From Chthonomonadales bacterium (GTDB taxonomy: Bacteria > Armatimonadota > Chthonomonadetes > Chthonomonadales > CAJBBX01): a stretch of DNA of 64,000 bases. The translations under genes and the position numbers were made by a program. Location: NCBI GenBank assembly GCA_038229495.1, contig JBBROJ010000004.1, positions 9,320 through 73,319 on the forward strand, written 5' to 3'. Shown piece by piece: positions 36,757-45,656 of the stretch (positions are counted from its first letter, which is position 1; each line of letters starts with the position of its first letter). The notes beneath the pieces were generated by a model. It had not been told where the DNA came from. It did no database searches and saw only the letters and a program-made list of their open reading frames with translations.

Positions 36757-38097
36757 ATGTCCTTAACAATTCCAACTGACGAGCCGCCTGCAATCGACAT
36801 CAGCCGCTACAGGGAATTCCTGGACCGGTTCGATCCGGTGAAGATAAATGGCCGCGTAGTGCAGGTGATCGGACTCGTTATCGAATCGCTGGGGCCGTCC
36901 GCCATGATCGGTGAGGTCTGCAAGGTCTACACGGATCGCACACGCCCGCCGATTACGGCGGAGGTGGTAGGATTCCGCGATAACCGAGTGCTGCTCATGC
37001 CGCTCGGAATTATGGAAGGAATCAAGGCCGGCAGCGAGGTTGTCGCCACTCGGTCGACCCACCATGTTTCCGTCGGTAGCGAGCTGCTTGGCCGGGTGTT
37101 GGACGGCCTGGGAAACCCGATGGACGAACGCGGGCCTCTCCCCACCCATACGCGCTATCCGGTCAATGCCTCGCCTCCCGATTCGCTGAAGCGGCACAGA
37201 ATCACCGAGCCGCTCGGGCTGGGCGTCCGCAGTATCGATGGCTGTCTTACCGTTGGCAAGGGACAGCGCGTCGGCATCTTCGCCGGATCCGGAGTCGGTA
37301 AGAGCACGGCGCTCGGCATGATTGCCCGCAGCACGCAGGCGGACGTGAATGTGATAGCCCTTACGGGAGAGCGCGGACGCGAGGTACGGGATTTTATCGA
37401 GGAATCGCTGGGCGAGGAGGGGTTGAAGCGAACCGTCGTCGTGGTAGCGACGTCCGACCAGCCGGCCCTCGTCCGAATCAAGGCGTCGCTGGTAGCCACG
37501 GCCATTGCGGAGTATTTTCGGGATCAGGGCCTCGACGTGATGCTGATGATGGATTCCGTCACCCGACTCGCTATGGCGCAACGCGAGGTCGGCCTGGCTA
37601 TCGGCGAGCCGCCCGCCACGCGCGGCTACACACCCTCCGTGTTCGCTCTTCTGCCACGACTTCTCGAGCGTTCCGGAGCAGGCGAACGGGGCTCCATTAC
37701 CGGCCTCTACACCGTGCTGGTGGACGGCGACGATATGAACGAGCCGGTCGCCGACGCGGTGCGTGGCATCCTGGACGGCCACATCGTCCTTTCGCGGACC
37801 CTCGCGCAGCAGAATCACTATCCGGCAGTAGATATTCTTCAGAGCGTCTCTCGCGTCATGCCCTCGGTCACCACGGAGGAGCACCGCCAGGCAGCGGGCG
37901 AGCTTCGGAACCTGCTCTCGGCCTACCGGGAAGCGGAAGACCTGATCAATATCGGAGCCTATTCCGAGGGGAGCAACCCGCGCATAGACCGCGCGCGCAA
38001 GTACATCGATGCGATAAACACCTTTCTCCGGCAGCGCACTGACGAGCGCGCCCCTCTTGCTGAAACGATTGGAAAGCTGCTGAGCATGTTCCGATAG
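36757..38097 (+). CDS. fliI: Flagellum-specific ATPase FliI
   Basis: Walker A GSGVGKST, Walker B DVMLMMDS, F1/T3SS ATPase fold. Confidence 0.96.
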   Translation: MSLTIPTDEPPAIDISRYREFLDRFDPVKINGRVVQVIGLVIESLGPSAMIGEVCKVYTDRTRPPITAEVVGFRDNRVLLMPLGIMEGIKAGSEVVATRSTHHVSVGSELLGRVLDGLGNPMDERGPLPTHTRYPVNASPPDSLKRHRITEPLGLGVRSIDGCLTVGKGQRVGIFAGSGVGKSTALGMIARSTQADVNVIALTGERGREVRDFIEESLGEEGLKRTVVVVATSDQPALVRIKASLVATAIAEYFRDQGLDVMLMMDSVTRLAMAQREVGLAIGEPPATRGYTPSVFALLPRLLERSGAGERGSITGLYTVLVDGDDMNEPVADAVRGILDGHIVLSRTLAQQNHYPAVDILQSVSRVMPSVTTEEHRQAAGELRNLLSAYREAEDLINIGAYSEGSNPRIDRARKYIDAINTFLRQRTDERAPLAETIGKLLSMFR

Positions 38098-38100
38098 GAA

Positions 38101-38292
38101 GGTCGTTGGGTCGTTGGCCCCCCGGCCCGCAATTCTGGGGGAGATGCCCCCCGGCCCCCAATTCTGGGGGAGATGCCCCCCGGCCCCCAATTCTGGGGGA
38201 GACGGCATCGGTCGTTGGGTCGTTGGGTCGTTGGGTCGTTGGGTCGTTGGGTGGGGGCGGCTTCCGGCTTCCGACTTCCGGCTTCCGACTTC
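38101..38292. repeat. Composite array: (GGTCGTTG)x2 - 3 x 29-nt G/C hairpin unit - (GGTCGTTG)x5 - (CTTCCGN)x5
   Basis: 29-nt units ccccccggcccSSaattctgggggagaYg at 38118-38146, 38147-38175 and 38176-38204, each containing ccccca-attc-tggggg. Confidence 0.92.
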
Positions 38293-38307
38293 TTATGAGG
38301 TTGCTGC

Positions 38308-38748
38308 GTGAAACGATTCAAGTTCCGTTTTGAAGCCGTGCTGAAGCATCGCGCGGTCATCGAAGAGCTGCGAATGCATGAGTACGTTCGCATACAGGAC
38401 GAGCTTGCCATTTGCGAGGCCCGTCTTGCCGGCTGCCGTGACCAATATGCCCGGACAATCGCGGAGCGGCCCGCAAAGATCGACTTTGAGGACATTCCCC
38501 GGCGCGAGCGCTACCTGGACGTTCTCAATGCAAGAATCGCCCAGGAAGAGCGGCTCCGCGAGGGAATTGCGGCGAGGCTCGATGACGCGCGAACGGCCCT
38601 GATCGCGGCGCGCCAGGCGCGCGAGGCGCTGAAGCGAATACGCGAGGCGGACCAGGCGGAGCACCTGAGACTCGCGCTGCTGGCCGAACAGAATGCGCTC
38701 GACGAGATGTCCTCGCAGCGCTATCGAAGGGCGCAAGCAGCGCGGTAA
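38308..38748 (+). CDS. fliJ: Flagellar export chaperone FliJ
   Basis: GTG start. MKRFKFRFEAVLKHR..., coiled-coil of 146 aa, positioned after fliI. Confidence 0.85.
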   Translation: MKRFKFRFEAVLKHRAVIEELRMHEYVRIQDELAICEARLAGCRDQYARTIAERPAKIDFEDIPRRERYLDVLNARIAQEERLREGIAARLDDARTALIAARQAREALKRIREADQAEHLRLALLAEQNALDEMSSQRYRRAQAAR

Positions 38749-38750
38749 CA

Positions 38751-38911
38751 GTCAATGAGTGTTGAGTGTTGAGTGCTGGGTGCTGAGTACGCAGCAGCCT
38801 CCGTGTTGCGCCGTTCCCATTGACCCAACGACCCAACGACCCAACGACCCATTGACCCATTGACCCATTGACCCATTGACCCATTGACCCATTGACCCAT
38901 TGACCCAACGA
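38751..38911. repeat. TGAGTGY array, reverse copy of the 26-nt motif, then 12 x 8-bp CCCAWYGA units
   Basis: gtcaatgagtgttgagtgttgagtgctgggtgctgag. Motif at 38787-38812 (minus strand). (cccattga/cccaacga)x12 at 38816-38911, ending 7 nt before the ATG. Confidence 0.9.
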
Positions 38912-38918
38912 GGGAAAC

Positions 38919-39536
38919 ATGAGCATCGAAGCCATCAATGCGCGAATATCGGAGATACAGGCCCGGATTGACGCTCTAGCCATAAGGCCGGAGCCGCAGG
39001 CCGCGCCGATCACGCCAACCGGGCCTCAATTGCCTGCTGGCGCGCAAAAGCCGGCAACTGTCGAGCCGTTCAACGTGACATTCGAGCAGGCGCAGGGGCG
39101 CGCGATTCTGCGGCCCACTTCCGCGACTGGCGCATCTGCCGGGGAGAAGTTCTCGCCATACGTTGAGGGCCTCATCTCCAAGTACAGCGGGCTGAACAGC
39201 CTCGATCCGAATCTCGTCCGCGCAGTCATAACGGCTGAATCCGATGGAGACGTAAATTGCCGCTCGACCAAAGGGGCGATGGGACTCATGCAGCTTATGC
39301 CGGATGAGGTAGCGGGCTACGGAATCAAGAACCCGTTCGACGCGGAAGAGAGCATTAAGGGCGGCACGCGCCAACTCGCGGAGAAGCTGAAACTCTTTAA
39401 TGGCGACGTGACCAAGGCTCTGGCCGCCTACAATGCGGGCAGCGGCGCGGTGCGAAAGTACAACGGTGTTCCGCCCTATCATGAGACTCAGCACTACGTT
39501 AAGAAGATTCTCGCCATGGTCGGGCAGTCACGGTAA
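38919..39536 (+). CDS. Lytic transglycosylase (SLT domain), flagellar-cluster associated
   Basis: AESDGDVNCRSTKGAMGLMQLMP (catalytic Glu context) and AYNAGSGAV. Confidence 0.85.
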   Translation: MSIEAINARISEIQARIDALAIRPEPQAAPITPTGPQLPAGAQKPATVEPFNVTFEQAQGRAILRPTSATGASAGEKFSPYVEGLISKYSGLNSLDPNLVRAVITAESDGDVNCRSTKGAMGLMQLMPDEVAGYGIKNPFDAEESIKGGTRQLAEKLKLFNGDVTKALAAYNAGSGAVRKYNGVPPYHETQHYVKKILAMVGQSR

Positions 39537-39589
39537 GCCCAAGTCACCCAGGATTCAGCCACAAATCCTGTAGGTAAAAGCAGTCAACT

Positions 39590-40090
39590 ATGAAACGCTT
39601 GCTATTCATCGTTATCCCGCTTCTCCTTGTCGGGGGGACCGTCTACGGCATGATGTTATCCGGCATTCCGCCGTTCAAGAAGGACACCGGGAAGAAATCG
39701 AAGGCGCATGCTGCACCTGCCACCGAGCAGAAGACGACCGCGTCGTCGTCAGCGCCGGCCAATGGAGGTGCCGGGTCCTCGACGGTTCCACCCGTTCCGC
39801 CCGTTCGCCGCTCGACTCCGCCTCCCAGGCCGCAGGCCGCAGATGCGAATACGGTGGAGATGACCGAGGCGCGAATCGCCCGTCTCTCGACCGTCTACGA
39901 GCAGATGCCCGCGGAAGAGGCGGGCCGAATCTTTGCGAAGCTGCCGGACCCGCTGGTCGAGGAGCTTCTACGCCGCATGGATGAGAGACAGGTTGGCAAG
40001 TTGTTGCTTGCGCTCGATGTTGGGCGCGCCGCGCGCCTGACGCAGTCCCTGGCTATGCAGCCCCTGGCTAAGCCGCCCCTGGCTAAGTAG
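39590..40090 (+). CDS. MgtE-N-like flagellar protein (FlbB/MotE-like)
   Basis: N-terminal TM helix, Pro-rich linker, and C-terminal MPAEEAGRIFAKLPDPLVEELLRRMDERQVGKLL. Confidence 0.6.
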   Translation: MKRLLFIVIPLLLVGGTVYGMMLSGIPPFKKDTGKKSKAHAAPATEQKTTASSSAPANGGAGSSTVPPVPPVRRSTPPPRPQAADANTVEMTEARIARLSTVYEQMPAEEAGRIFAKLPDPLVEELLRRMDERQVGKLLLALDVGRAARLTQSLAMQPLAKPPLAK

Positions 40091-40151
40091 CGCGGGCTGC
40101 ATCAGGCGCTCCCTTCCACATTTGGCCCGTAGTTTCCCCAAAACAATTACC

Positions 40152-40179
40152 TGAAGAACGCTCAATAACCGCCCGATAA
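40152..40179 (+). promoter_or_regulatory. Candidate sigma-28-type promoter upstream of fliK
   Basis: TGAA-N17-CCGATAATTC, 52 nt upstream of the fliK start. Confidence 0.4.
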
Positions 40180-40230
40180 TTCACACAGCAGTTAGTACAG
40201 GTAAATTTAGCAGGAAGGAGGTAGACCAAG

Positions 40231-42729
40231 TTGGTGAATCCCACAGTACCTGCCGTTTCCCAGGCAAGCGCTAGCACAGGCGCCCTCGAACAGACGTCCG
40301 CGACTTCCGCTCCCGGCGACATTTCCGATGGAAGTCCCTTCGCAAATGTTCTTGCTCACACCGTGGTTTCGAATAGTACTACCGGAAAGGGCCGTCCCGC
40401 CGCGCGGGGATCGAAGCCAGATCCGAGCGGCTCACCGGCCACCGCGGACGAGAGTGCGGAAGCCGATATGCCCCCGCAAGAAGGCGTACCCTCCGCCAAT
40501 TCGGCGGTCTCAGCTATGCTAAGTGCCGTATTCGCCGGAATCAATCCCGGGCCCCAGGGCCTCGACGTTGTGACGTCAACGAAGGCCTCGGGCTCTTCAT
40601 CCGTCAAGCCGGCATCCTGCACCACGGCACCTGGAGGTACGGAGAAGCAACACGCGCAGCCACTTGTGAAGTTATTCACGCAGCCGATCACTCCCATCAC
40701 TCCCATCACTCCCATCACTCCCATCACTCCCATCACTCCCATCACTCCCATGACTCCCATCACTCCCATCACTCCCATCACTCCCATCACTCCCATGACT
40801 CCCATGACTACCATGATTACCATGACTACCGTGGCAGCCTCAACCGATAACGCGCAATTGGTGGACGCCGTAACTACGACTACGACTACAACCGGGCACA
40901 GCAAGGTCGTAACCGGCGAGCTAAAAGCGCAGACACCGATTCCTCAAACCGGTTCCTATGGGCCCCACGACTTAGATGCAGCAAATGCTGTAACAGCCAT
41001 GTCTGTCTCGGTTCATACCGCGCCAATTAAGCCTTTGCCGGAGATCGCCACAGCGCAGTCGCTTCTTACGCAGACTGCTGGAGTCGAATTTCCGCAGGCA
41101 GGCGCAACCAATAGCGTGACAGGAGAGGTTACAGCGCCGGGAACTTCGATTCCGACACAAAATGAGTCCAAGTCGCAAGCTGCGTCTATCGCGCAGGCAA
41201 CGCCCGTTATGCAGGCAACGCCCAGTGTGCAAGTTGCGCCCAGTATACAGGCTGCGATTATCGCGCAGGCAACGCCCAGTAAGCAGGCTGCGACTATCGC
41301 GCAGGCAACGCCCATTATGCAGGCAACGCCCGTTATGCAGTCATTGCCTGCCACGTATGCCGCGCCCGGTATGGAGGTCGTCTCGAGCATACAGGTCTCT
41401 CCCGGCGTACAGGCAGCATCGGTCGCGGCGCAGGGTTCGCCGCTCACCGCGGACGCGGGAATCAAAGGCATAACAGGCATAACAGCCATTGCAGGCATAA
41501 GCAGGAAGCCGGCGCCGGCGAACGTTACCGCCCCGGACGGACGTACCGGACAGTCAGCGGCTAAAGCCGCAATCTCTCCAGTCTCTCCGATCTCACGTGA
41601 AGCTGATATGCGCCCGGCGAGCCTACCCACCGTGGATCCAGGCGCTCCGTCGAATTCACGTTCACAGCCGATTCCCGCTGGGGCAATTCAGCCGCAGGAA
41701 AAATTGACGCGAACTCTGTTGACGAGTGCGCCGCAGCCCGACAATTCCCAGCCATCGGAGCACACCGCTTTGGGTGTCGCCGCGCCCAAGTCGGCTGTGC
41801 TCGCGACAACAGCGCCGGCCGCTCAACTCGGCGCGCCGGCCCTCATGGCGTCCGAAGCGGCAAACCCGGTTGACCCGCGCCAGGCGCAGACGACTGGACA
41901 AGGGATCAACCCCAATTTGCGGCAAATTCCCGCCGGCGCCCCGGCCATCTCGACCGCGCCCGCCGGCAATCAGACATCCCTGTCGGCTGCCCTGCTTTCG
42001 GCAGCCGTTCCACCGGACAACAGCCGGCCCCTCGACCGAAACTTCGCGATGGAGCGAACGACAATGACGTCGCTCGGAAGCACGGCAATGGCTGCGTCCA
42101 CCATAGGCCAGGCGGCTTTGGGAGAAGAGCAGAGCGCGGCTGATAAAGAGCGCCGCTCTTCCCCCGGACCGGATACCTCCGATCCGAAGCTTGGGCAGAC
42201 GGCGACCACCGGCAGCGCGACCGCCGAGTTCTCTCTCAAGGCCGCCCGAATTGAGGCAGCCGCGCAGCCGCCGCCGCACGACCGAATGCACGTCGTGGAG
42301 CAGGTCATGCAAAAAATGGAGACTTTGCGGCTCTCGCATGGCCACCAGGAGGTGACCGTCCATTTGCGACCCGATCACCTGGGGGACCTTCGTCTTACGA
42401 TCGTCGCCGACGGCCATAACGTCACGGCCACGATCGTGGCGGAGACTGCCGCCGCGAGTGAAGCAGTGAGAGAGGGCCATGAGCAGCTTCGCTCCGCGCT
42501 GGAACAGAAAGGTTACTCGCTTCAGGGGCTCGACGTCTCACTCGACGCCTCATTCAGTAACAGCGGTGGTGAACAGAAGTTCCTGCCCTTTGAGCAGAAT
42601 CAGCAGCCGTCCGGGCCAATGCGATCCTACGCCTCGCCCGACAACTTGGAGCCCGCTATTCACTTGCCTTTGGAAACGCGCTCCATGGTTGTATCGCGGG
42701 GAGCCGGAAGGCTGGACTATCAGGCATGA
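40231..42729 (+). CDS. fliK: Flagellar hook-length control protein FliK (unusually long, repeat-rich)
   Basis: 832 aa. C-terminal Flg_hook domain (VHLRPDHLGDLRLTIVADGHNVTATIVAE). Disordered Pro/Thr/Ala/Gln-rich N-terminal two thirds. TTG/GTG start. Confidence 0.85.
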   Translation: MVNPTVPAVSQASASTGALEQTSATSAPGDISDGSPFANVLAHTVVSNSTTGKGRPAARGSKPDPSGSPATADESAEADMPPQEGVPSANSAVSAMLSAVFAGINPGPQGLDVVTSTKASGSSSVKPASCTTAPGGTEKQHAQPLVKLFTQPITPITPITPITPITPITPITPMTPITPITPITPITPMTPMTTMITMTTVAASTDNAQLVDAVTTTTTTTGHSKVVTGELKAQTPIPQTGSYGPHDLDAANAVTAMSVSVHTAPIKPLPEIATAQSLLTQTAGVEFPQAGATNSVTGEVTAPGTSIPTQNESKSQAASIAQATPVMQATPSVQVAPSIQAAIIAQATPSKQAATIAQATPIMQATPVMQSLPATYAAPGMEVVSSIQVSPGVQAASVAAQGSPLTADAGIKGITGITAIAGISRKPAPANVTAPDGRTGQSAAKAAISPVSPISREADMRPASLPTVDPGAPSNSRSQPIPAGAIQPQEKLTRTLLTSAPQPDNSQPSEHTALGVAAPKSAVLATTAPAAQLGAPALMASEAANPVDPRQAQTTGQGINPNLRQIPAGAPAISTAPAGNQTSLSAALLSAAVPPDNSRPLDRNFAMERTTMTSLGSTAMAASTIGQAALGEEQSAADKERRSSPGPDTSDPKLGQTATTGSATAEFSLKAARIEAAAQPPPHDRMHVVEQVMQKMETLRLSHGHQEVTVHLRPDHLGDLRLTIVADGHNVTATIVAETAAASEAVREGHEQLRSALEQKGYSLQGLDVSLDASFSNSGGEQKFLPFEQNQQPSGPMRSYASPDNLEPAIHLPLETRSMVVSRGAGRLDYQA
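40687..40830 (+). repeat. In-frame 9-bp microsatellite (atcactccc)n inside fliK
   Basis: 16 consecutive units encoding ITPx7-MTP-ITPx4-MTP-MTT-MIT-MTT. Confidence 0.95.
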
Positions 42730-42783
42730 CGCCTGCTCGCCCAGTCGCACACGATTAAGAATAAGTTCAGAAAGGAATCAAAA

Positions 42784-43191
42784 ATGAGCACGCCACCTAT
42801 TGACAGCTCGACCGGCTCGGGGTCCATTTCGCAAGCTCTCGCCGGTAACCGCAAGTTGGGCCAGGATGAGTTCCTAAAGCTCCTCGTGACACAGCTCACG
42901 AACCAGGATCCCCTTGCGCCGCAGGACGACAAGCAGTTTCTCGCGCAGATGGCGCAGTTCTCGACCCTGGAAGGCGTCAACAATCTCGATACTTCCCTGA
43001 ATCGCGCGCAGGCCGCAGGCTTCATCAGCAAGACAGTGGACGCGCAGGTCCTGGAAGCGGGAAAGACGACGACTGTAACCGGAGTCGTGAAGGCCGTTAC
43101 ATATCAGAGCGACGGAGTGCACCTGCTGCTCAATAGCAAGAATGGCGACCGGGACGTTCAACTCACGCAGCTCACGCAAGTAAGGGCTTAG
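42784..43191 (+). CDS. flgD: Flagellar hook capping/assembly protein FlgD
   Basis: LGQDEFLKLLVTQLTNQDPLAPQDDKQFLAQMAQFSTLEG. Confidence 0.93.
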   Translation: MSTPPIDSSTGSGSISQALAGNRKLGQDEFLKLLVTQLTNQDPLAPQDDKQFLAQMAQFSTLEGVNNLDTSLNRAQAAGFISKTVDAQVLEAGKTTTVTGVVKAVTYQSDGVHLLLNSKNGDRDVQLTQLTQVRA

Positions 43192-43200
43192 GAGAATCCC

Positions 43201-43602
43201 ATGGCCGAACCGTTCCGAATCAATGAGCTGCTCATCGCGCCACAAGGACCGCAGCTTTTACCGGCGGCGGGAAGACCCGGGCAGGCAGCCCCCGGCGCGC
43301 CAAGCTTTGCCGACCTTCTCAAGAAGGCCCAATCGCCCGCGGATACCGGCGCGCTCCGGTTCTCCGCGCACGCGCAGACTCGCATTCAATCCCGCCAGAT
43401 TCAGATGGGCGCGGCGGAGATGCAGCGAGTAGAAGCGGCCGTGCAGAAGGCCGCAGGAAAGGGCGCTCGCGAGTCGCTCGTTCTTCTCGACCAGACGGCC
43501 CTTGTGGTGAGCGTGCCCAACCGCACGGTTATCACGGTGGTGGATAAGGACAGTCTCAAACAGAACGTCTTCACCAATATCGACAGCGCGGTGATCGCCT
43601 AG
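43201..43602 (+). CDS. Flagellar operon protein of unknown function (TIGR02530-like, between flgD and flgE)
   Basis: 133 aa. ...FSAHAQTRIQSRQI...VVSVPNRTVITVVDK. Same position as in Firmicute and Thermotoga clusters. Confidence 0.6.
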   Translation: MAEPFRINELLIAPQGPQLLPAAGRPGQAAPGAPSFADLLKKAQSPADTGALRFSAHAQTRIQSRQIQMGAAEMQRVEAAVQKAAGKGARESLVLLDQTALVVSVPNRTVITVVDKDSLKQNVFTNIDSAVIA

Positions 43603-43677
43603 AAGACGGAAGACGGAAGACGGAAGGTAGAAGGTAGAAGCCAACGACCCAACGACCCAACGACCCAACGACCCAAT
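43602..43677. repeat. (GAAGACG)x3-(GTAGAAG)x2 followed by (CCAACGAC)x4
   Basis: Same GGAAG -> CAACGA neighbour order as at 36625 and in the lon-upstream array. Confidence 0.9.
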
Positions 43678-43812
43678 GTCTCACTACAACCAGGCTGGAC
43701 CGACGTTTGACGGCGCGCCATTTGGCCGCTCCAGACGGGGAAGCCTGAGTCCCTGATCGATTGACGGGACGCACAATCTACTTTGGCAGAACGCCAAACG
43801 GAGGTCAAAACC

Positions 43813-45552
43813 ATGCTTCAAGCAATGTTTGCCGGTGTTAGCGGGCTTCAGGCTCATCAGAACAAGATTAACACGATCGGCAACAATATAGCCAACGTCA
43901 ATACCGTTGGATTCAAGAGCCAGCGCGTATCGTTTCAGGACCAGCTTTCCCAGACCCTCCACGGCGCGACGGCGCCAAAGTCCGGGGCATCGGGAGGTCA
44001 AAATCCCACGCAGGTCGGTCTTGGCGTGACCCTGGGATCCATCGACACCATCCAGACGCAGGGCAACCTTCAAACGACCGGCAAGTCTACGGATATGGCG
44101 GTGCAGGGCAACGGATTCTTCGTGGTGACCAGCGGAAAGTCGGTCCAATATACTCGTGACGGAACTTTCGATCTGGACAGCTCGGGGACGCTTGTGAATC
44201 CGGCCAGCGGCGTTAAGCTGCTTGGTTACCAGGCGGACAAGTTTGGCATAGTCGATAACTCCGCACCGGTCACCGCAAGCAGCACCATACAGATTCCTCT
44301 TGGCTCGCTAACGGACGCGAAGCAGACCGCCGCGATGACCACCACGGGGAACCTGGACGCGGGGGCGGCCCTCTATTCCTCCAAAGTAGACTATTCCGGG
44401 AATCTGGACTCGGCTGCTGTTGCCGGCGCGCAGGTGCAGTCGAACTCGACGGTCTTCGATAACCTTGGTAATCCGCATATCGTTCAGACCACGTTCACCA
44501 ACCCGGTGAACGCTCCGGTCGGCCCTAGCGTCCCGGCGGGCGCAACCCGCGCATGGGATGTTTCCGTAAGGGTCGACGGAGCCACCATCTACGACAGCAC
44601 GGCGGGAAAATCCAAGATGTACAGGGTGGGCGCGGCCTGGCAGTTCGCCGATACGACGACCGGAGCGGCGCTCGGGTCCAAAATCTCGCTGGACGGCGCG
44701 GTCGGATCCAATCATGCCGCGCAGGTGGCAGGCGCAAGCGGAGCGGCCAATGTTTCCATTGATCTGAACTATGCCCCCGTCACCGGCAACGCGGCGGCGT
44801 CTACGCTTCAGGGAGCGGCAGACGGCCAGACGGGAAGCAGCCCGTCCTGGGGAACCTCTATCCAGCTCTACGACAGCCTGGGAGTGGGCCATCTGGTCAA
44901 CTTCAAATATACCCACGTGCAGCTCGGAGCGGGCGCCCCCGGCGGGGCTACGGGCCGCTGGGACTGGTCGGCCACTGAAAACGGCAAGCCGGTAGGCGAC
45001 TCGACTCAGGCAGGCAATTCGCCGCTATACTTCGGCGGCACAGGCACGCTGGTGAGCGGTGCGATCCAAAACATTTCCGTTACGCCCAACGATGGTTCCG
45101 TTTCCCCGTTCGCCATCAAAGTCAATAATGAAAAAATGACTCAACTCGCCAGCGACGCGAACGCTTCAGCCGATTCGCAGGACGGTTACCCCGTGGGAAC
45201 TCTCCAGAGCTTCTCAATCTCGAGCGACGGCATAGTCACGGGAATCTTTTCCAGCGGCCAGTCTCGCGCCTTGGGACAGATAGCCATGGCGACGTTCACG
45301 AACCCCGGCGGCTTGCAGAGGGCCGGCGGGAACATGCTCAACAATACCGACAATTCGGGATCAGCGAGTATAGGCATCCCAGGGCAGGGCGGGCGAGGAA
45401 AAATCAACCCCGGCTTCCTGGAGATGTCCAACGTGGACTTGGCAACAGAGTTCACGAACCTGATCGTTACGGAGCGCGGCTTCCAGGCGAATACGAAAAT
45501 CGTTTCGACTATCGACAGCCTGCTTCAGGACGTACTGAATCTCAAGAGATAA
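43813..45552 (+). CDS. flgE: Flagellar hook protein FlgE
   Basis: ATG 43813 after GGAGG. MLQAMFAGVSGLQAHQNKINTIGNNIANVNTVGFK, and C-terminal TERGFQANTKIVSTIDSLLQDVLNLKR. Confidence 0.95.
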   Translation: MLQAMFAGVSGLQAHQNKINTIGNNIANVNTVGFKSQRVSFQDQLSQTLHGATAPKSGASGGQNPTQVGLGVTLGSIDTIQTQGNLQTTGKSTDMAVQGNGFFVVTSGKSVQYTRDGTFDLDSSGTLVNPASGVKLLGYQADKFGIVDNSAPVTASSTIQIPLGSLTDAKQTAAMTTTGNLDAGAALYSSKVDYSGNLDSAAVAGAQVQSNSTVFDNLGNPHIVQTTFTNPVNAPVGPSVPAGATRAWDVSVRVDGATIYDSTAGKSKMYRVGAAWQFADTTTGAALGSKISLDGAVGSNHAAQVAGASGAANVSIDLNYAPVTGNAAASTLQGAADGQTGSSPSWGTSIQLYDSLGVGHLVNFKYTHVQLGAGAPGGATGRWDWSATENGKPVGDSTQAGNSPLYFGGTGTLVSGAIQNISVTPNDGSVSPFAIKVNNEKMTQLASDANASADSQDGYPVGTLQSFSISSDGIVTGIFSSGQSRALGQIAMATFTNPGGLQRAGGNMLNNTDNSGSASIGIPGQGGRGKINPGFLEMSNVDLATEFTNLIVTERGFQANTKIVSTIDSLLQDVLNLKR

Positions 45553-45573
45553 TAATCAGGGACCAGAGATAAT

Positions 45574-45634
45574 AGTCAGGGATCAGGAGTCAGCTAACGG
45601 CAATGCCGATGTCCCTGACTCCTGATCCCTGACT
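45574..45634. repeat. Perfect 20-bp hairpin (AGTCAGGGATCAGG family) in the flgE-fliL spacer
   Basis: agtcagggatcaggagtcag (45574-45593) is the exact reverse complement of 45615-45634, with a 21-nt loop. Further degenerate units flank both arms. Confidence 0.92.
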
Positions 45635-45656
45635 CCCAGCTCCCAGGAATAAACAT

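Noticed and set aside
38118-38204. Possible CRISPR array (29-nt direct repeats), also considered for the other tandem arrays.
   Set aside because: The repeats are directly adjacent with no unique spacers. The other arrays have 7-9 bp periods. There are no cas genes in the window.
34426-38208. Large minus-strand ORFs (34426..36009, 527 aa; 36763..38208, 481 aa) across fliG, fliH and fliI.
   Set aside because: They lie opposite unmistakable FliG and FliI sequences and have no recognisable domains.
38106-38333. Small ORFs translated straight through repeat arrays: 38106..38333, 38114..38311, 43258..43668, 43571..43814, 46124..46344, 5643..5903 and part of 38525..39013.
   Set aside because: Their 'proteins' are periodic read-outs of 7-9 bp repeats (GRWVVGSLGRW..., GERENGRTGE...). 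They appear on both strands and have no start context.
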